From assembly GCF_964204645.1 (NCBI RefSeq), contig NC_134031.1, forward strand, positions 10,292,001 through 10,356,000: 64,000 nucleotides of DNA, written 5' to 3'. Made by a program: the position numbers and the translations under genes. This document shows positions 13,598-26,076 of the stretch, piece after piece (positions within the stretch are counted from its first letter, which is position 1; each line of letters begins with the position of its first letter). The notes under the pieces are model-generated. The model saw nothing but the letters and a program-made list of their open reading frames with translations, was not told where the DNA came from and made no database searches. Origin of the DNA: Tubulanus polymorphus (taxonomy: Eukaryota > Animalia > Nemertea).

Positions 13598-13628
13598 ATA
13601 CAGTTTATAAACTGTATTTACTCATTAG
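13587..13628. repeat. Perfect 42-bp palindrome
   Basis: ctaatgagtaaatacagttta|taaactgtatttactcattag. Confidence 0.95.
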
Positions 13629-15186
13629 AAAATGAGGTTTTTAATGTTATCGCTTTTATGGTTATTCAGGCAGATTTGTTTATAGGGGAGTTGTGTGCTG
13701 GTGCAAATGTAGTAAATGTTTCGATTATCAGAGTCTCCTATTTGGATGGGTTTTGTAATGTTATAATATGATAATGTCACAAGTTGGTAATAGGTTTATG
13801 TTGTTTAATTCTGTCCGCTTGTACACATTTGAATTTCGATGTTGTTTGCTTATCATGACACATGTGTAGGAGGTTATGGTACTGGGTTGTGTAAATGTGT
13901 ATGGGAGGTTATAATATTTCGTTCTGTAGAGTCTCCTCTGCGAATATATGTCAGAGGGTGACGCGTATTAATGAAGCAGGGTGTTGTGTAGTGGTGTGTA
14001 TGTAGTGTATGTTTTGATTTCGATATGTGGAAACATCTATGTGGATGCATATAGGAGGGTCAGGTGTGTTACAATAGTGGGGTTTTGTATATACAGGCAT
14101 GTGTAGTTATGATTTTAATTTTATGTGACCTTTATGTGAATTCATTTATGAGTGACAGGGTTTATATTTTAGTGTTTTTGAAGATTGTGTGACAATAGTA
14201 AATGGGTAAATTGATGTACCTAGTTTCTAGGGAATGAAACAGTGTGTATTTGGAATTGATATGTTGTTAAGTAACAGTGGTATAAGCTGGGGAAAGTATG
14301 TAGATAGTTGTAATGGGGCATGAATGATATTTGACATTGTGATTGATATGTAGCAATGTAACAGTAAGATATGGTGGTGGATGTATATATCTAGCTGTCA
14401 TGGGGATGAAGCGGTCACTGTGTGGAATGGATGTGTTGGAATGTAACAGCTATGTACAGTGTACAAAATGAGTATTATTTCATGCTGGGGGATATTGATG
14501 CGTTGTTGCCATAGGTTTTGATGTGATAACACTGTACATATATTACCACCATTAATATTACTAAACACATATGTACAGTCTTATGAATGATTATGTATGG
14601 AACTGTATGAAGGATTGTATTGAATATATAGGAAATGGTAATTGATCATGTAGCAATCATTTGTGGCGATGTATGTATTTTGTATTGTGCAGTGAGATAG
14701 TATTCAGAAATGTTTGTAATCAATGTTGTGGGATGAAATATAAATAAAAGGTGGATGGTATGATGATATGTGTTGTGTATAATTATTGTTTCCAAATTTG
14801 GTGCTTATCCCCATATGCTTGGCCAAGTTCTGATGTCATTTACTACATTGTCCCTGGCAAGGATTTGAGCTTGATGGCATGGCGACTGCCACAGTACAAT
14901 GGGGTTCCTGCAGTGCTGCTGTGGCAATTGAGGATTCCACTCATAGCTAGTGACAATCCGCCAGGTTGCTAGTAAGTAGTTCGTCATTCGCCAGTGCGAC
15001 ATATGAAAGTTAGGCAGAAACCCGTTATCGCTGCTATGCAGCTATATTTATCATTATCATTATTATAATTAGGGTTTTCTGTTGCTTCACAGAAAACCCT
15101 ATTGAAATTCGCGTGATTATTATTAGGGTTTCTGCTGCCTTCGCAGAAACCCTATTGTATTCCTGCTGATTATAATTATTATTATT

Positions 15187-17057
15187 ATTAGGGTTTCTGC
15201 TGCCTTCGCAGAAACCCTATTGTATTCCTGCTGATTATTATTATTATTATTATTATTATATTCTTTTTCACACTGGATCTTACTGAAAGGATATAAACAA
15301 CTGCAACTTACTTTCACTGTCGGTGAAACCATTCTGTATCACAAGTACTACGCTGCATTGACAAATACTGTACGTGATATTAATCAGAATTGCACTGTTT
15401 ACTCACTGTGAGTCTCTAAACATCGAAATTTAAGCCCGATTAAAACAGTATCCATCTACGTATGTGTATTGCCTACGTGTCATTCCCACAGCGCGTCAGT
15501 GCGTCTGTTTGTGTCAGTGTCCATATAAGCAGTGATAGAGCTGGTGTCCTAGATCTGTAGTTTTTTAGTATCTTTATATATATGTGGCGCACTGAATGGG
15601 GTCAGTCTCGAGTGAACGCAACTGAGGAATTTTTGTGCTGCATATACAAGCAATAGCCCTTGCAGTAACTTCCCTGGATAGAGCTAATGAATGCAGCTAC
15701 GGTATCTATACACGAGAGCCTGGATGTCTATATTCTGTTAGCATTACAATATTCCTTGACGGATTTACTTGAAACTTTCGTGAGATGTACGGAACACAGG
15801 TACCTTGAGGTAAGTCGAGGGGATCTTAGATCGGGGACCCCGTTCACCCACCAGGGGGTGTTTTACATTTGAAAATTCTGACATCGAAAAGTTACTGTGT
15901 GAGAAAATTTTTTGTCTTTGACTTTTCAGCTTCGGGCGAGCACGAAAGTTGTTCATAACAGCCCGGAGGTTAAAAAAGTGATTGGCACGCCCTATCTGCG
16001 ATTAATCGTTTGGGCTCTTCGGACTAGAAAATGGGCCCCCAAAATTTTTAATGAGATTTTTGCTCCTAGCTCCTTAACCGTTGGAGATAGAATCGTGGTT
16101 GCAACGAGTGATCAGTAGCCCTTGCGAAGACGTTTTTATTGATGTATGGTATAACTACGCACAGGCACTTGAATATGGGCTTTGATAATGGATAAATATT
16201 TGATAATCTACCAGCGATACGTTAATCCTACTTTAATATTTCCGCCATGTTTTATAATAAATTCACCCATGATGCAACGCGCGCCGGTCGTTTAGCTTTA
16301 CTATACAGAAAGGCTGGAAACGATCCTATCTCCGTAATGCTTAAATCTACCCGCAGTTATCGTGATGAGGGCACAAGGGCGGCTATTTTTGGGGGCTGGG
16401 CGGACCGCCCTTCTATTTTTGGCTAGATGAAGCACTGGGTTAGTAGCCCTTTACAAGACACTTGTATTGGTGTATGGTTTAAGTAGGTAACTCATATGGT
16501 GCTCCAGTAGCGCCAGCTACAAATTGTTGGAAATGCATTTTCATTGATATCTACTTATCGGATGGAGGGATTTCTATGAAAATAGATACACATGTACTTT
16601 GATATGAGATCCCCTCACATAATTAGTTCCTATTCTAATCCCTAGGAGGCGTAAATCTTGAAAAGTCATTCTAGCATCCGTTTTTCGGGTGTTATTCTGC
16701 CATTTTATTGTAGATATCACAAAACCTGGTGTGAGTACATGAACATAGGTATACTAGGGTAACCAGCTAAATTAGTTGATACAACTGCTACGAGGGAATG
16801 GTAGAACACTGTATCACCTATTTTCTTGAAGTTATTTTCCCTAAACTTGGTACATCATTACTTTGCACTTAAGAGCCATGGGTCAACATATCCATGATAT
16901 GGGCTGACCCATGATACAGGCTGACCCCTAGGTGGCGCTTCTTCATAGATAGTGGTATGTAATGAACTGATTTCAGTGAAATATTTTGCAACCTTCCTCG
17001 TATGGTATTTAACCCGGCAAGGCAGAAACCCGTTATCGCTGCTTTGCAGCTATATTT
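15187..17057 (+). mobile_element. Helentron-family copy (A-type body) nested in the (TTA)n tract of the previous element
   Basis: Head 15191-15217, tail 17021-17057; body homologous to 34261-36667 and 36668-38590; an extra orphan head lies at 15126-15152. Confidence 0.85.
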
Positions 17058-17890
17058 ATTTATTTTTTCCCTTTTCCACATAGTTTTTGTTAAAAGTGTA
17101 AAGGCTTCCTTACCTTACCGCTGTCGCCGATACAATCCGTATGATATCTTTCAGCTCACTTCAATCTCCAGATACTGCATGGGAATTTTGATAAATCCAC
17201 GTTATAAAGGCACTGTCGAGCCGTAAACATCGGAAATTTGGCCCCGTTCAATTAGTAGCGATGTTGTGTTTTCTTTCCGAAATTTCTCTATTCTTTATGA
17301 GGAAGAGCTATCGAATTATTCCCTCTCTTCTCCACAATCAATTTCAAAGTCAATTTTATGAATTTATTGCTCAGCAGGTCCGAGTCCAAGAGTTAACGAG
17401 TCCGGCGTTCGCGTGTCTGACAGGTTTACGGGCATTTGTTTGTTACCACTTTAATATTTTTGATTTCTTGTTATTCCGGTTATTTCATTTGAGTATATTG
17501 CTGATCAGTTCATGTAACCAAAAGCGTCAATAAACAGATTTTGAATTGATCAAGTTTAAATCAAGGTCGTTGAGTCGCGGAGGGCTGCTAGAATTACGTT
17601 CGTCTCAGAGAGAGAGAAAACAAACGACAGAAAAGTATCAGGTGATTATCGATAGCCTACTACGGTACACACAGTTGACAAACAGTTAGGCCTGTGCCGG
17701 TTGGTGCGTACTGGGAATAAATATACTGGTTGGTCAGTTGGTTCGGTTGTGAAGTGTGGAAGCTAAGAAAGCCTACCGCAGTACGGGTATTTATTTGTTA
17801 CTCGTACGTGACTGTATGGTGATCTCCACAGGTTAACCGTACGTGAGTTCCCTACTAACGCCGTACGTGAGTTCCTCTAGTAGCCAATAC

Positions 17891-18105
17891 GGTAAAAGTG
17901 CAGCTCCGCACCTCTCCGCGTAAACGGTTCAATCAATTACGTAAAATATCATTGTTTCAGATTCAAAATGTCATCAGCAATTCAGTACGTTGCCATTGGT
18001 TAATTTTAAGATATCTTCACTAGAGGGAGTAGAAAGATTTTAGCCAGGATTCTGTCATTCAGCAGATTGCGTCAATCACGAGAGGTGCGGATCTGCACTT
18101 TTACC
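17891..18105. mobile_element. MITE with GGTAAAAGTGCAG TIRs and ~8-bp TSD GCCAATAC (Merlin-like)
   Basis: ~26-bp TIRs; flanks gccaatac/gccaattac; empty site tagccaataccatttt in the paralog at 28841. Confidence 0.8.
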
Positions 18106-18124
18106 GCCAATTACCATTTTTTAA

Positions 18125-18467
18125 GTACGAAGTTGTTACCCATACGTGCCAGTGACTGTACGGTGATATCCACAGGTTAACCGTACGTGAGTTCCCTAAA
18201 AAGGCCGTAAGTGAGTTCCTATAATCTGCAAACGTGCATGCGTGAAAGAATAGAGTTTGGGTTAGGTGAGGCTAGGCTATTTGTAAATCAAATTTCATCC
18301 ACCCTGCAGTTACGTTCTGTGGCACAGTGGGTAAATCACTGGACTGCAACTGGATTTTTTTTTCGTTTGGTTTCGAATCCAAATATTGCAAGTCTGAGCG
18401 TCAACATACTCACATACGGCTAACCTGTAGAAATCACCGTACAGTCACGTACAGGTAACAAAAGCGT
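18125..18467. mobile_element. MITE with ~70-bp TIRs, internal GGGTTAGG and tRNA-like A/B boxes (paralog 28859-29210)
   Basis: gttacc..actgtacggtgat.tccacaggtta.ccgtacgtgagt is inverted at 18408-18460; TTAA-like flanks. Confidence 0.65.
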
Positions 18468-18678
18468 TTTAAGTACCGGGTATTAAGTGAGTACGACAAG
18501 CCTACCATGCCTATGTACTACAAACACAACTTTTTCCCTCTCGTCGGCGGTCATCCTCCTACAATGATGTTACTATAACTGGTGCAATTATAACATGGAT
18601 AGGATTTGGCCAGGACTAATCTAAAGTCTAATTCAGTCTATGTACTAATTCACTCGATAGGCCTATTTTTAAAACAGG

Positions 18679-18838
18679 AATATTCATTTATTATGTACGC
18701 ATAAAATTTGATTATTTCAACCCCCTCTCCCTTTGTACGCAAAATCTGCCATTTTTTCATGTACATTAAGCATTACAGTACGTAATTGCCCTGACCCCTC
18801 CCCCTCCCCTAATGCGTACGTAATAAATGAATGATCCC
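18679..18838. mobile_element. Small MITE (ATTCATTTATTA(T/C)GTACGCAT TIRs)
   Basis: Inverted ends; absent from the paralogous site near 29380. Confidence 0.6.
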
Positions 18839-19679
18839 ACAATACAGTGAAGTATTCACACGCAGAAAGGCTAATTGATTTGAGCCATGTGATTAAATTT
18901 GGCCAGGCCTTCTCTGACCTGCTGACATTAATAGTCAATGTGGTGACGGCTTGTATACCAGAAATCTGCCTGTTGTAGGCCAGTACATTTTGCTGTTCGT
19001 AGGTTTGGTATACCGATTTCTCCATTCTTGACTGATAAGCGTACGGTACAGCTGTACGCATTATACAATTGTTCCAATGGGAATAGGGCCTATTGATTGG
19101 GCTTATTATTTCCTGCTTTAGAATACTGAAATAAACCTAATGTTCATTCAAATATCCAACATCGGTGAAAGTTTGATTACTGTATACATGTACTGTAGAT
19201 TTTCATGTTGTATGAATATTTTGCAGTTCAAATGGGTATGATGCTGATTCCAATGTCAAACGCATGAAGTTAGATGGTCAAGGACCGTCAACACCAAGAT
19301 ATCTCTCTTCGACCGATGTTGTACCATAGAAGATCTGATTCTTTTAACTCAAGGAATGTGATTCAACACGATCGACATGACACTGGAATAGGTTTGCAGT
19401 AACTAACGGTTCATTTCATTTAGTCCTATGTACTTTTTAGCCAATTTGGATTTGATTGTAATTGAAACTCTGGAACTGTTAACAAAAGACAAGTAAGACA
19501 AGTTGAAAAAACACAAGTTATGCTTGATTCTCATGTTCAAATTTAATTCAAATTTATTTTATTACATCATATTTACAAAGCATATCATTGGTTCATACAG
19601 TAATAAAAATTAGGGCAGAACAAATATTATTACAGAAACTCCAAAAAGGCAATGAATTTCTATAACTAAATGAACATTA

Positions 19680-20236
19680 TTTTTAGCCCACTTGGGACTT
19701 GAGTCCCAGCGGGCTATTGCGTTCACTTTTCGTCCGTCGTCCATCCTTCATCAGAAATCAGTTATTTTAGGAAGTTTTGAAGACGCTTCAATGTAATGTC
19801 TTGATATTTGGGTTACACATGTATCTACCCTAGACACATCTTCAGCCCAAAAACTGGCTGTCAGAATCAAGATGGCCGACTGGCAGCCATTGTTATTTGC
19901 CAAAATCAACACTTTTTACACATTTTTGAACTTTTTAAGGGAAATTTTGAAGATGCTTTGATCAATTACCTTGATCTTTTGGATATATGTGAATGCCCCC
20001 TGGGCCCATCAGCATAACAAAAATTGGGATACGGACTCAAGATGGCCGTCCTATGACCTTTTAGTGTCCAAAAATGTCAATTTTGGCCCGAATTCTGAGT
20101 TGGCCATTTCTCATTGCAGTTTGTGATGGGTATTCTTTGAAAAGGGATGTTTTATACCTTTGATACCTGAATTGTTAGATTGTTGAGCATTTGGAACCAC
20201 TTCCCACGTGGGCATGGTGTCCCTGGACCCCTAGTT
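19680..20236 (+). mobile_element. HINE-like family 2, internally deleted copy with no tandem units
   Basis: Head TTTTAGCCCACTTGGGAC..CCAGCGGGCT; tail GTGGGCATGGTGTCCCTGGACCCCTAGTT. Confidence 0.85.
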
Positions 20237-21029
20237 CTAATAACTCAGATCAAGAGTGACTCTCCCGTTTATTAGGAAACACACGCAACTTGTGGAATAG
20301 GTTTGATTTACACACATGTTGCAGGTATCAATTGTTTATCACTATAGAATTTGTAATCCATAAAAGTCAAAATCAACATCAGCCGGAAACCCAGACCAAA
20401 TCAATTCATAATTTATTGATTGAATCTACACTACAATATATGTATTTATTCAAATATTTCAATAAAAACATTAACTTCTTAAATCTATTCTAAATCATAA
20501 TACGTTCTTATCTGTGAATTCAATCAATCTATCGGCTCAGCATGTGCTTAAGATGAGTTCTTAATAGACAGATCCATTTTTAAGGATGGTGATAATACAG
20601 TATCATGATGTTTGAATGCCAAAATAAACGCCTGGTCAAATATATTAATATTTGTGATTGTACGTCCGCGTATGTTCAGTTTCAAAGCTGAATCATATTT
20701 GACGTTTACACAGTGGTTGCATATTAGGTTCGAATCAGTCAATGCATTTTATTCTATGTATCGATATTTCAATTTACTACAATTCCCATCATTCTGAATG
20801 GCTTTACAGAAAACCTGTCATCGCTGCTTTGCAGCTATATTTATTATTATGATTATAGTTAAGGGAATGCAAAGGGGGTTATTATTGCTTCAGTTTTATA
20901 TATACATATGCATATTGTATCTGTGGTTCGGCTATGTCATATTGTATTTGTTGCTATTTTTTTCAATACCAATAATTTTCAATTAGGACTTTAGTATTGT
21001 ATAACATATTTTGTATATCAATATCAATT

Positions 21030-21646
21030 TTGTATCAATATAATGTGGAAAAACATTTTCCCACTTACGAATGAGTACTGGTGACACCAAGATGGCCGCG
21101 AATTGCGTCATAATTGGCTGATGAAAACACCTGTCTCAGGTATAAAACATCCCTTTCCAAAGAATACCCATCACAAATTGTAATGAGAAATGGCAAACCA
21201 GTAGGAAGCTACAGGACGCAGAATTGGGGCCAAAATTAAGATTTTTGGGCACTAAAAAGGTCATAGGACGGCCATCTTGAGTCCGACCAACCCAATTTTT
21301 GTTATGTTGATGGGCCCTGGGGGGATTCACATATATCCGAAAGATCAAGGTTATTGATCAAAGCGTCTTCAAAATTTCCCTCAAAAAGTTCAAAAATGAG
21401 TAAAAAGTGCTGATTTTGGCGAACAACAATGGCTGCCAGTCGGCCATCTTGATTCTGACAGGGCCAGTTTTTTGGCTGAAGATGTGTCTAGGGTAGATAC
21501 ATATGTAACCCAAATATCAAGACATTACCTTGAAGCGTCTTCAAAACTTCCCAAAATAACTGGATTCCGTCTACGGACGGACGGACGGACGAACGAAAAG
21601 TGAACGCAATAGCCCGCTGGGACTAAAGTCCCAAGTGGGCTAAAAA
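21030..21646 (-). mobile_element. HINE-like family 2, 3'-truncated copy
   Basis: Head at 21600-21646 next to a (GGAC)n microsatellite; body matches the other copies. Confidence 0.85.
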
Positions 21647-21647
21647 G

Positions 21648-22320
21648 TTAGGGTCTAGAGGCTAGGGGGTTTCCGTTTAGAGGGTTTAAACTATAGGTTT
21701 AGCTAGGGCTTTGGGGTTAGGGTGTAGAGGGTCTATAGGTTTAGGGTTTAGAGGGTTTAAAGTCTCTAGGTTAAGGGTTTAGAGGGTCTGTAGGTTTAGG
21801 GTTTAGAGTCTAGGAGTAAGGGGGTAAAGCCTAGCGCACATCGACACTGCGATTGGAGACAACTAGTTGCTACCGAACGATTATCCCGATTATCCCGCGC
21901 ACATCGAAACCTAGTTACAACCGGTCAGTTGCAGCAACTGCATGGCGCGTGTCGATTGTCGAGATCCAGAGCGCGCACATCGATGGATATAACTGCGATT
22001 GAGTACAACCAGTTGCTCAAAAGTAGAACATGGGCAACTGGCTGGAATTGGAGATAGATCGACGCTTACCAATCGTAAGCTCACTCAAATCGACACGTTC
22101 AAGCAACTGATCGTATCCAGCCAGTTCCTCTAACGCACCAAAAACTGCCTTGCAACTAGTTGTCTTCAATCGCACTGTCGATGTGCCCTAGGCTTAAGGG
22201 TTTAAAGGTCTGTAGGTTTAGGGTTGAGAGTCTAGGGGTTAGGGTTTAAAGTTTATAGTTTTAGGCTTCTGAGGTTTAAGAGACTAGAGGGTTTATAATC
22301 TATAGGGATAGAGATAGGGT
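21648..22320 (+). repeat. Degenerate telomere-like (TT/TTT)AGGG tract interrupted by a MITE
   Basis: Repeated ttaggg/tttaggg/tagaggg/ggtcta motifs. Confidence 0.7.
21828..22194. mobile_element. PIF/Harbinger-type MITE, TSD TAA
   Basis: TAA|agcctagcgcacatcgacactgcgatt...aatcgcactgtcgatgtgccctaggct|TAA. Confidence 0.85.
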
Positions 22321-22325
22321 ATGCC

Positions 22326-22780
22326 CAGAGCTGCCAACCTAGATTTTATCTTTTGCTGAACACATGTCCAAGTTTATCAGTATTTTCAAAAATTTTCCAG
22401 TATTCCCAAATTTTCAAACCTGAAGACGTTTTCAAAATCAGTATTGAGGTTTCAAAAATCTGTATTAAGGTAAATTACGTCGAACAAAACTTTTGTTTTC
22501 AGACTGAACTAGTGTGCCATCTTCATCTTAGTACAGATGACGTACTAGTACAGTGTCCCATTGAGTATAATTTGAGTTGACAAGAATGATTCTAAGAGAT
22601 TTAAAAGAGAACGATACAATTTTCCATAAAAAAGGTTAAGTTTTTCCGTTACTAGTCAAATTTTTTTTGAGTATTCTCAGGTGAATGAAAATTCGTGACA
22701 ATTTTCTAAAAACAGAACGCTGTATTTTCACACGATTTTACTGAACAGTTTCGGGAAAATCAGACTGGTTGGCAGCTCTG
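22326..22780. mobile_element. hAT-like MITE, CAGAGCTGCCAACC TIRs, approximate 6-bp TSD
   Basis: Perfect 14-bp TIRs; flanks tatgcc/tgtgcc. Confidence 0.75.
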
Positions 22781-22989
22781 TGTGCCTGATTCAGACATTT
22801 AAAATGGATTTCGAAAGACTCATGGCAACCACATGCAGAGTTTCTAAAGAACTGATAAGTTGTGATTGTCAGATAATTCTGGAAAAAAGAAATGTTGGCA
22901 GGATATTCTGGACAGAAAGTTGGCAGAAAATTCTGGACAGAAATTTCTGGAAATATTTCCACAATCCTGTGAAGCACCAATTCTGGACA

Positions 22990-23795
22990 TATCTGTTTTT
23001 AAAAGCTTTTGCGTTAGTCTTATGTTTTTTCGTCGCCAAATGACGCTGTATGTCAGTTATACCGCCGTGCGCTATGTTAATATCAACTCCACAGTCCGTA
23101 CAAAACGAGTGTTTCGAGCTCTTCGAGGCCTTCATGCAGGGGAATTTAACAGTGTAACTACTCCGAAACGTTTGCGTACCGGTCGGCCTCTTTCTTTTAT
23201 TCGCTGGTTCATTGTTATTAGGGTCTTCATCGCTTAAATCCATCAAACCATCGCCGAATTCGTCACGACTTCTGTCGGCAGCCGCCATTATAAGTCACAC
23301 TAATTACAGCCGAGAACCGATGCGAATGGTTGGCGAAGGGAGATCGTGTTTGCAAATCTTTTATAATTTAATTTGTTTATCATCGACCAAATAAATAAAG
23401 CAGAATCGTGAATTGATAGACGAATAAAATAACTTCAGTCGGGTTATTGCAAAAAATTCCGCGCTTGCAAGCAACGTTGATATATGTTACAGCAGATGCA
23501 CTGTTGTGTTGTACTGTATAGTAAGGCGCTCGCGCAGTGTATAGGTTGCCACGGTGACAGCCGGCGCCAGGCGCGTGTATGTCAGCTCACACCAGCGGTC
23601 AGTGTACACAAACTGCTCGAACAAATCAAATCATCTTTCGTCATTTTTAAAGAATATCGTAACGACGCTAGAATTTTCCGTAGAACGTAATGAAAATAAA
23701 CTAAAATCGTAATTTTGAACACCCAATCGTAACATCGTAATTTGTAATGTCAATCCGTAATGATTACGGGAAAATCGTAACAGTTGGCAGGTCTG
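22990..23795 (-). mobile_element. 5' part of a hAT transposon with truncated transposase N-terminus (zinc finger), ATG at 23288
   Basis: TIR CAGACCTGCCAACT at 23795; ORF has a KRKR motif and FCTDCGVDINIAHGGITDIQRHLATKKH (C2H2 BED-like finger); no catalytic core. Confidence 0.75.
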
Positions 23796-26076
23796 AGACT
23801 GACAAAAGTTTACACTGGTTTATATATCAAGCAGTGACAAAATCATTCATGTTAATTACACTATTTCAACTGTAGTCAAGTCTTGTGCAATAACATACGT
23901 TTTCTGAATACAATACAATGGATACAACATAGAATCAAATATAAAGATGAAAAAATATAAAGATGATACAGTATGAACTGAATTATCAAATGGAACCAAA
24001 AAATGGAAGGAAACACGGATGGATGGGCGGATGAGATGATCCTTATGGGCATCTGCATCTCGATGGCAACACATATGTGACCTGAACTTATACAGAGTAA
24101 ACTATTCTCATACACAAATGACCCTTGACACTGCTTTTGTGAACTAGGGGTCCAGGGACACCATCATAAGAAACTGTGAAATGATAAGAATTAATGTTAT
24201 GAGAAAACTTTTAGAAAATAACTAATAAGACGACTTTTAAGTTTATGCTGATAAACTCTGCATCTTTAAACAAAAGTTAGAAATGCAATGAAATGTCTAT
24301 CCTTTTATGAATAACCCATCATTGAAATTACATAATTTGATATAGTTATTTCAGAAATTACATAGTTTTATTAATCAGTCTTGTTGATGTAATCGTGATA
24401 TTTCTAAGTGATTAGGTATATGATATTTGGCTTTAATACTTCATCACAGTAGTATTCAGTATGTTGCTGGGATATCGTTTCACATTTTTTGTCCCATAAG
24501 TCAGACTGCTTTTGGCCATCTCATCAGATTGATAAAGAAGCCAGGTATTGTGTTATACTACCATACAAAAGCTTCAAATATCCCTGTGTTTTCTTGCAAG
24601 TATTGTGTCCCTGAACCAAAAATTGAGATATATATTGTAAACTAACAAACGTGACACAAAAATGGTGGTCAGGGATGGTCCCATCAGTCACGCTGAGCCT
24701 CAAGTATCGATTGTATCAGAATGGAGCTAGATAGTTTAGACAACTTTGGATTGATCTTTTGCAATAATGGTCATTTAAACTTTGACAGTAGTGACATCAA
24801 GTAAACTTATGACATTAGGAGTGAATGAAGCACTAAACAGATAGAGATTTTACCAAATGTCCCATAAGTCACACTGGAATTGACCATAGGGTATTGAAAC
24901 TTCACGAAGCAGTAGTTCATAATCATAGCCACGGAATAGTGCTGAAAGATAAAACTTCCAATTTTTGAAGGAGGGGTCCACTGGGTGGGGTCAATTTTGG
25001 GGGGCCAGCGCACAAAGACCCCCTATAAAGTCAGAATACTCACAATTTCGTGTTACATTGTCAATATTTCATAAATAAAGACACCGTAGATTACTACATC
25101 CAACCTTTATTATGGTTCTTATTACAGTCTAAATGTTTGAATCATCATCAAAATCCCAGAATATCAAATTTACGGGGCGTTTTTTAGGTCAAAATTTTTC
25201 AAAATATCAAAATGAGAAATTACTTTCGGGTTTGGATTCTTGAGCATCAGCAGTTACTTTGCGTTAAGAACAACGGCTCAACGCGATGCTAGGCGCTAGT
25301 GATAAAAAAACTTTAAATGCGAGATAAGTCAGGCTGTTGACTACAGTCCCCTACCGCAGTTCCCCAGTGTTTCGACTACAGCCACCTGCAAGTTAAGGGT
25401 TAAGGATCCACATAAATGCCAAGTGAGCGAAAAAAAACATTTACCAGTCATCCTGTGAGAGCTTTGAAGGATTATCAATTATTCGGTAAGGAACTGTAAG
25501 ATTTCCATCTTTCTGCCGTTGAATTAAAACTTCATTGTCACGTTTTGTTCCTCTGCTTCGTTTTTCCTCAGTACTGATAAACCTTAAAAATAAAACAAGC
25601 TTAAATTCTTAAAATGTACTTTCAAGTATTAAAAAATTTGAGAATCATTAGAGAGACATTAAACTCAGTAATAACAATCAGCTGACTCTGGGGTAACACC
25701 AATAACATAATACTAATCAGAAGTTGATAAGGTCAATTCATGATAATACTTAACTAAACCAGTTTGGTTTAGTGAGAAAGATATAGTCCGGATATTATGT
25801 TATCCAGCCTATCACATAATAAAAGCTCATCACAAGTAATTTACAATTTGGTTCCATTATTTTGGGTATAAATACCCCTAAAACATCATAAACCAGCTTT
25901 ATGAAAGGGAATGTGATGTTAACTGCAATATTTACAAGCATAATTTGCAATGCGATCACTGATTGGCTGGCTTGTTGAAACAGACCTGATCAACCCAAAA
26001 TTTCAGTATTTTCATCACTATTAATTTCAGTATTGTCTAATGGCTGACAGCAATTTTGTTGATGGTATCAGTATTT

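Larger units (their letters stand above)
8399..15048 (+). mobile_element. Non-autonomous Helentron/Helitron2-type element (~6.65 kb) carrying a deubiquitinase gene
   Basis: 5' hairpin GGGTTTCTGC(8404)..GCAGAAACCC(8430) then (TTA)n; 3' GCAGAAACCC (15014) plus stem-loop GCTGCTATGCAGC and TATATTTT; T-rich flanks without TSD, matching Helentron/HINE architecture. Confidence 0.8.
15069..20842 (+). mobile_element. Helentron-family copy (B-type 5' end): head 15069-15118, body 17058-20842, interrupted by a nested copy
   Basis: Head GGGTTTTCTG..CAGAAAACCC.ATTGAAATTCGCGTG as at 38647; body start ttttccaca..aaaagt as at 38720; tail CAGAAAACCTGTCATCGCTGCTTTGCAGCTATATTT at 20807-20842. Confidence 0.75.

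Noticed and set aside
15014-15048. Hairpin plus T-run as a bacterial rho-independent terminator
   Set aside because: Eukaryotic context; the motif recurs as the 3' terminus of each Helentron copy.
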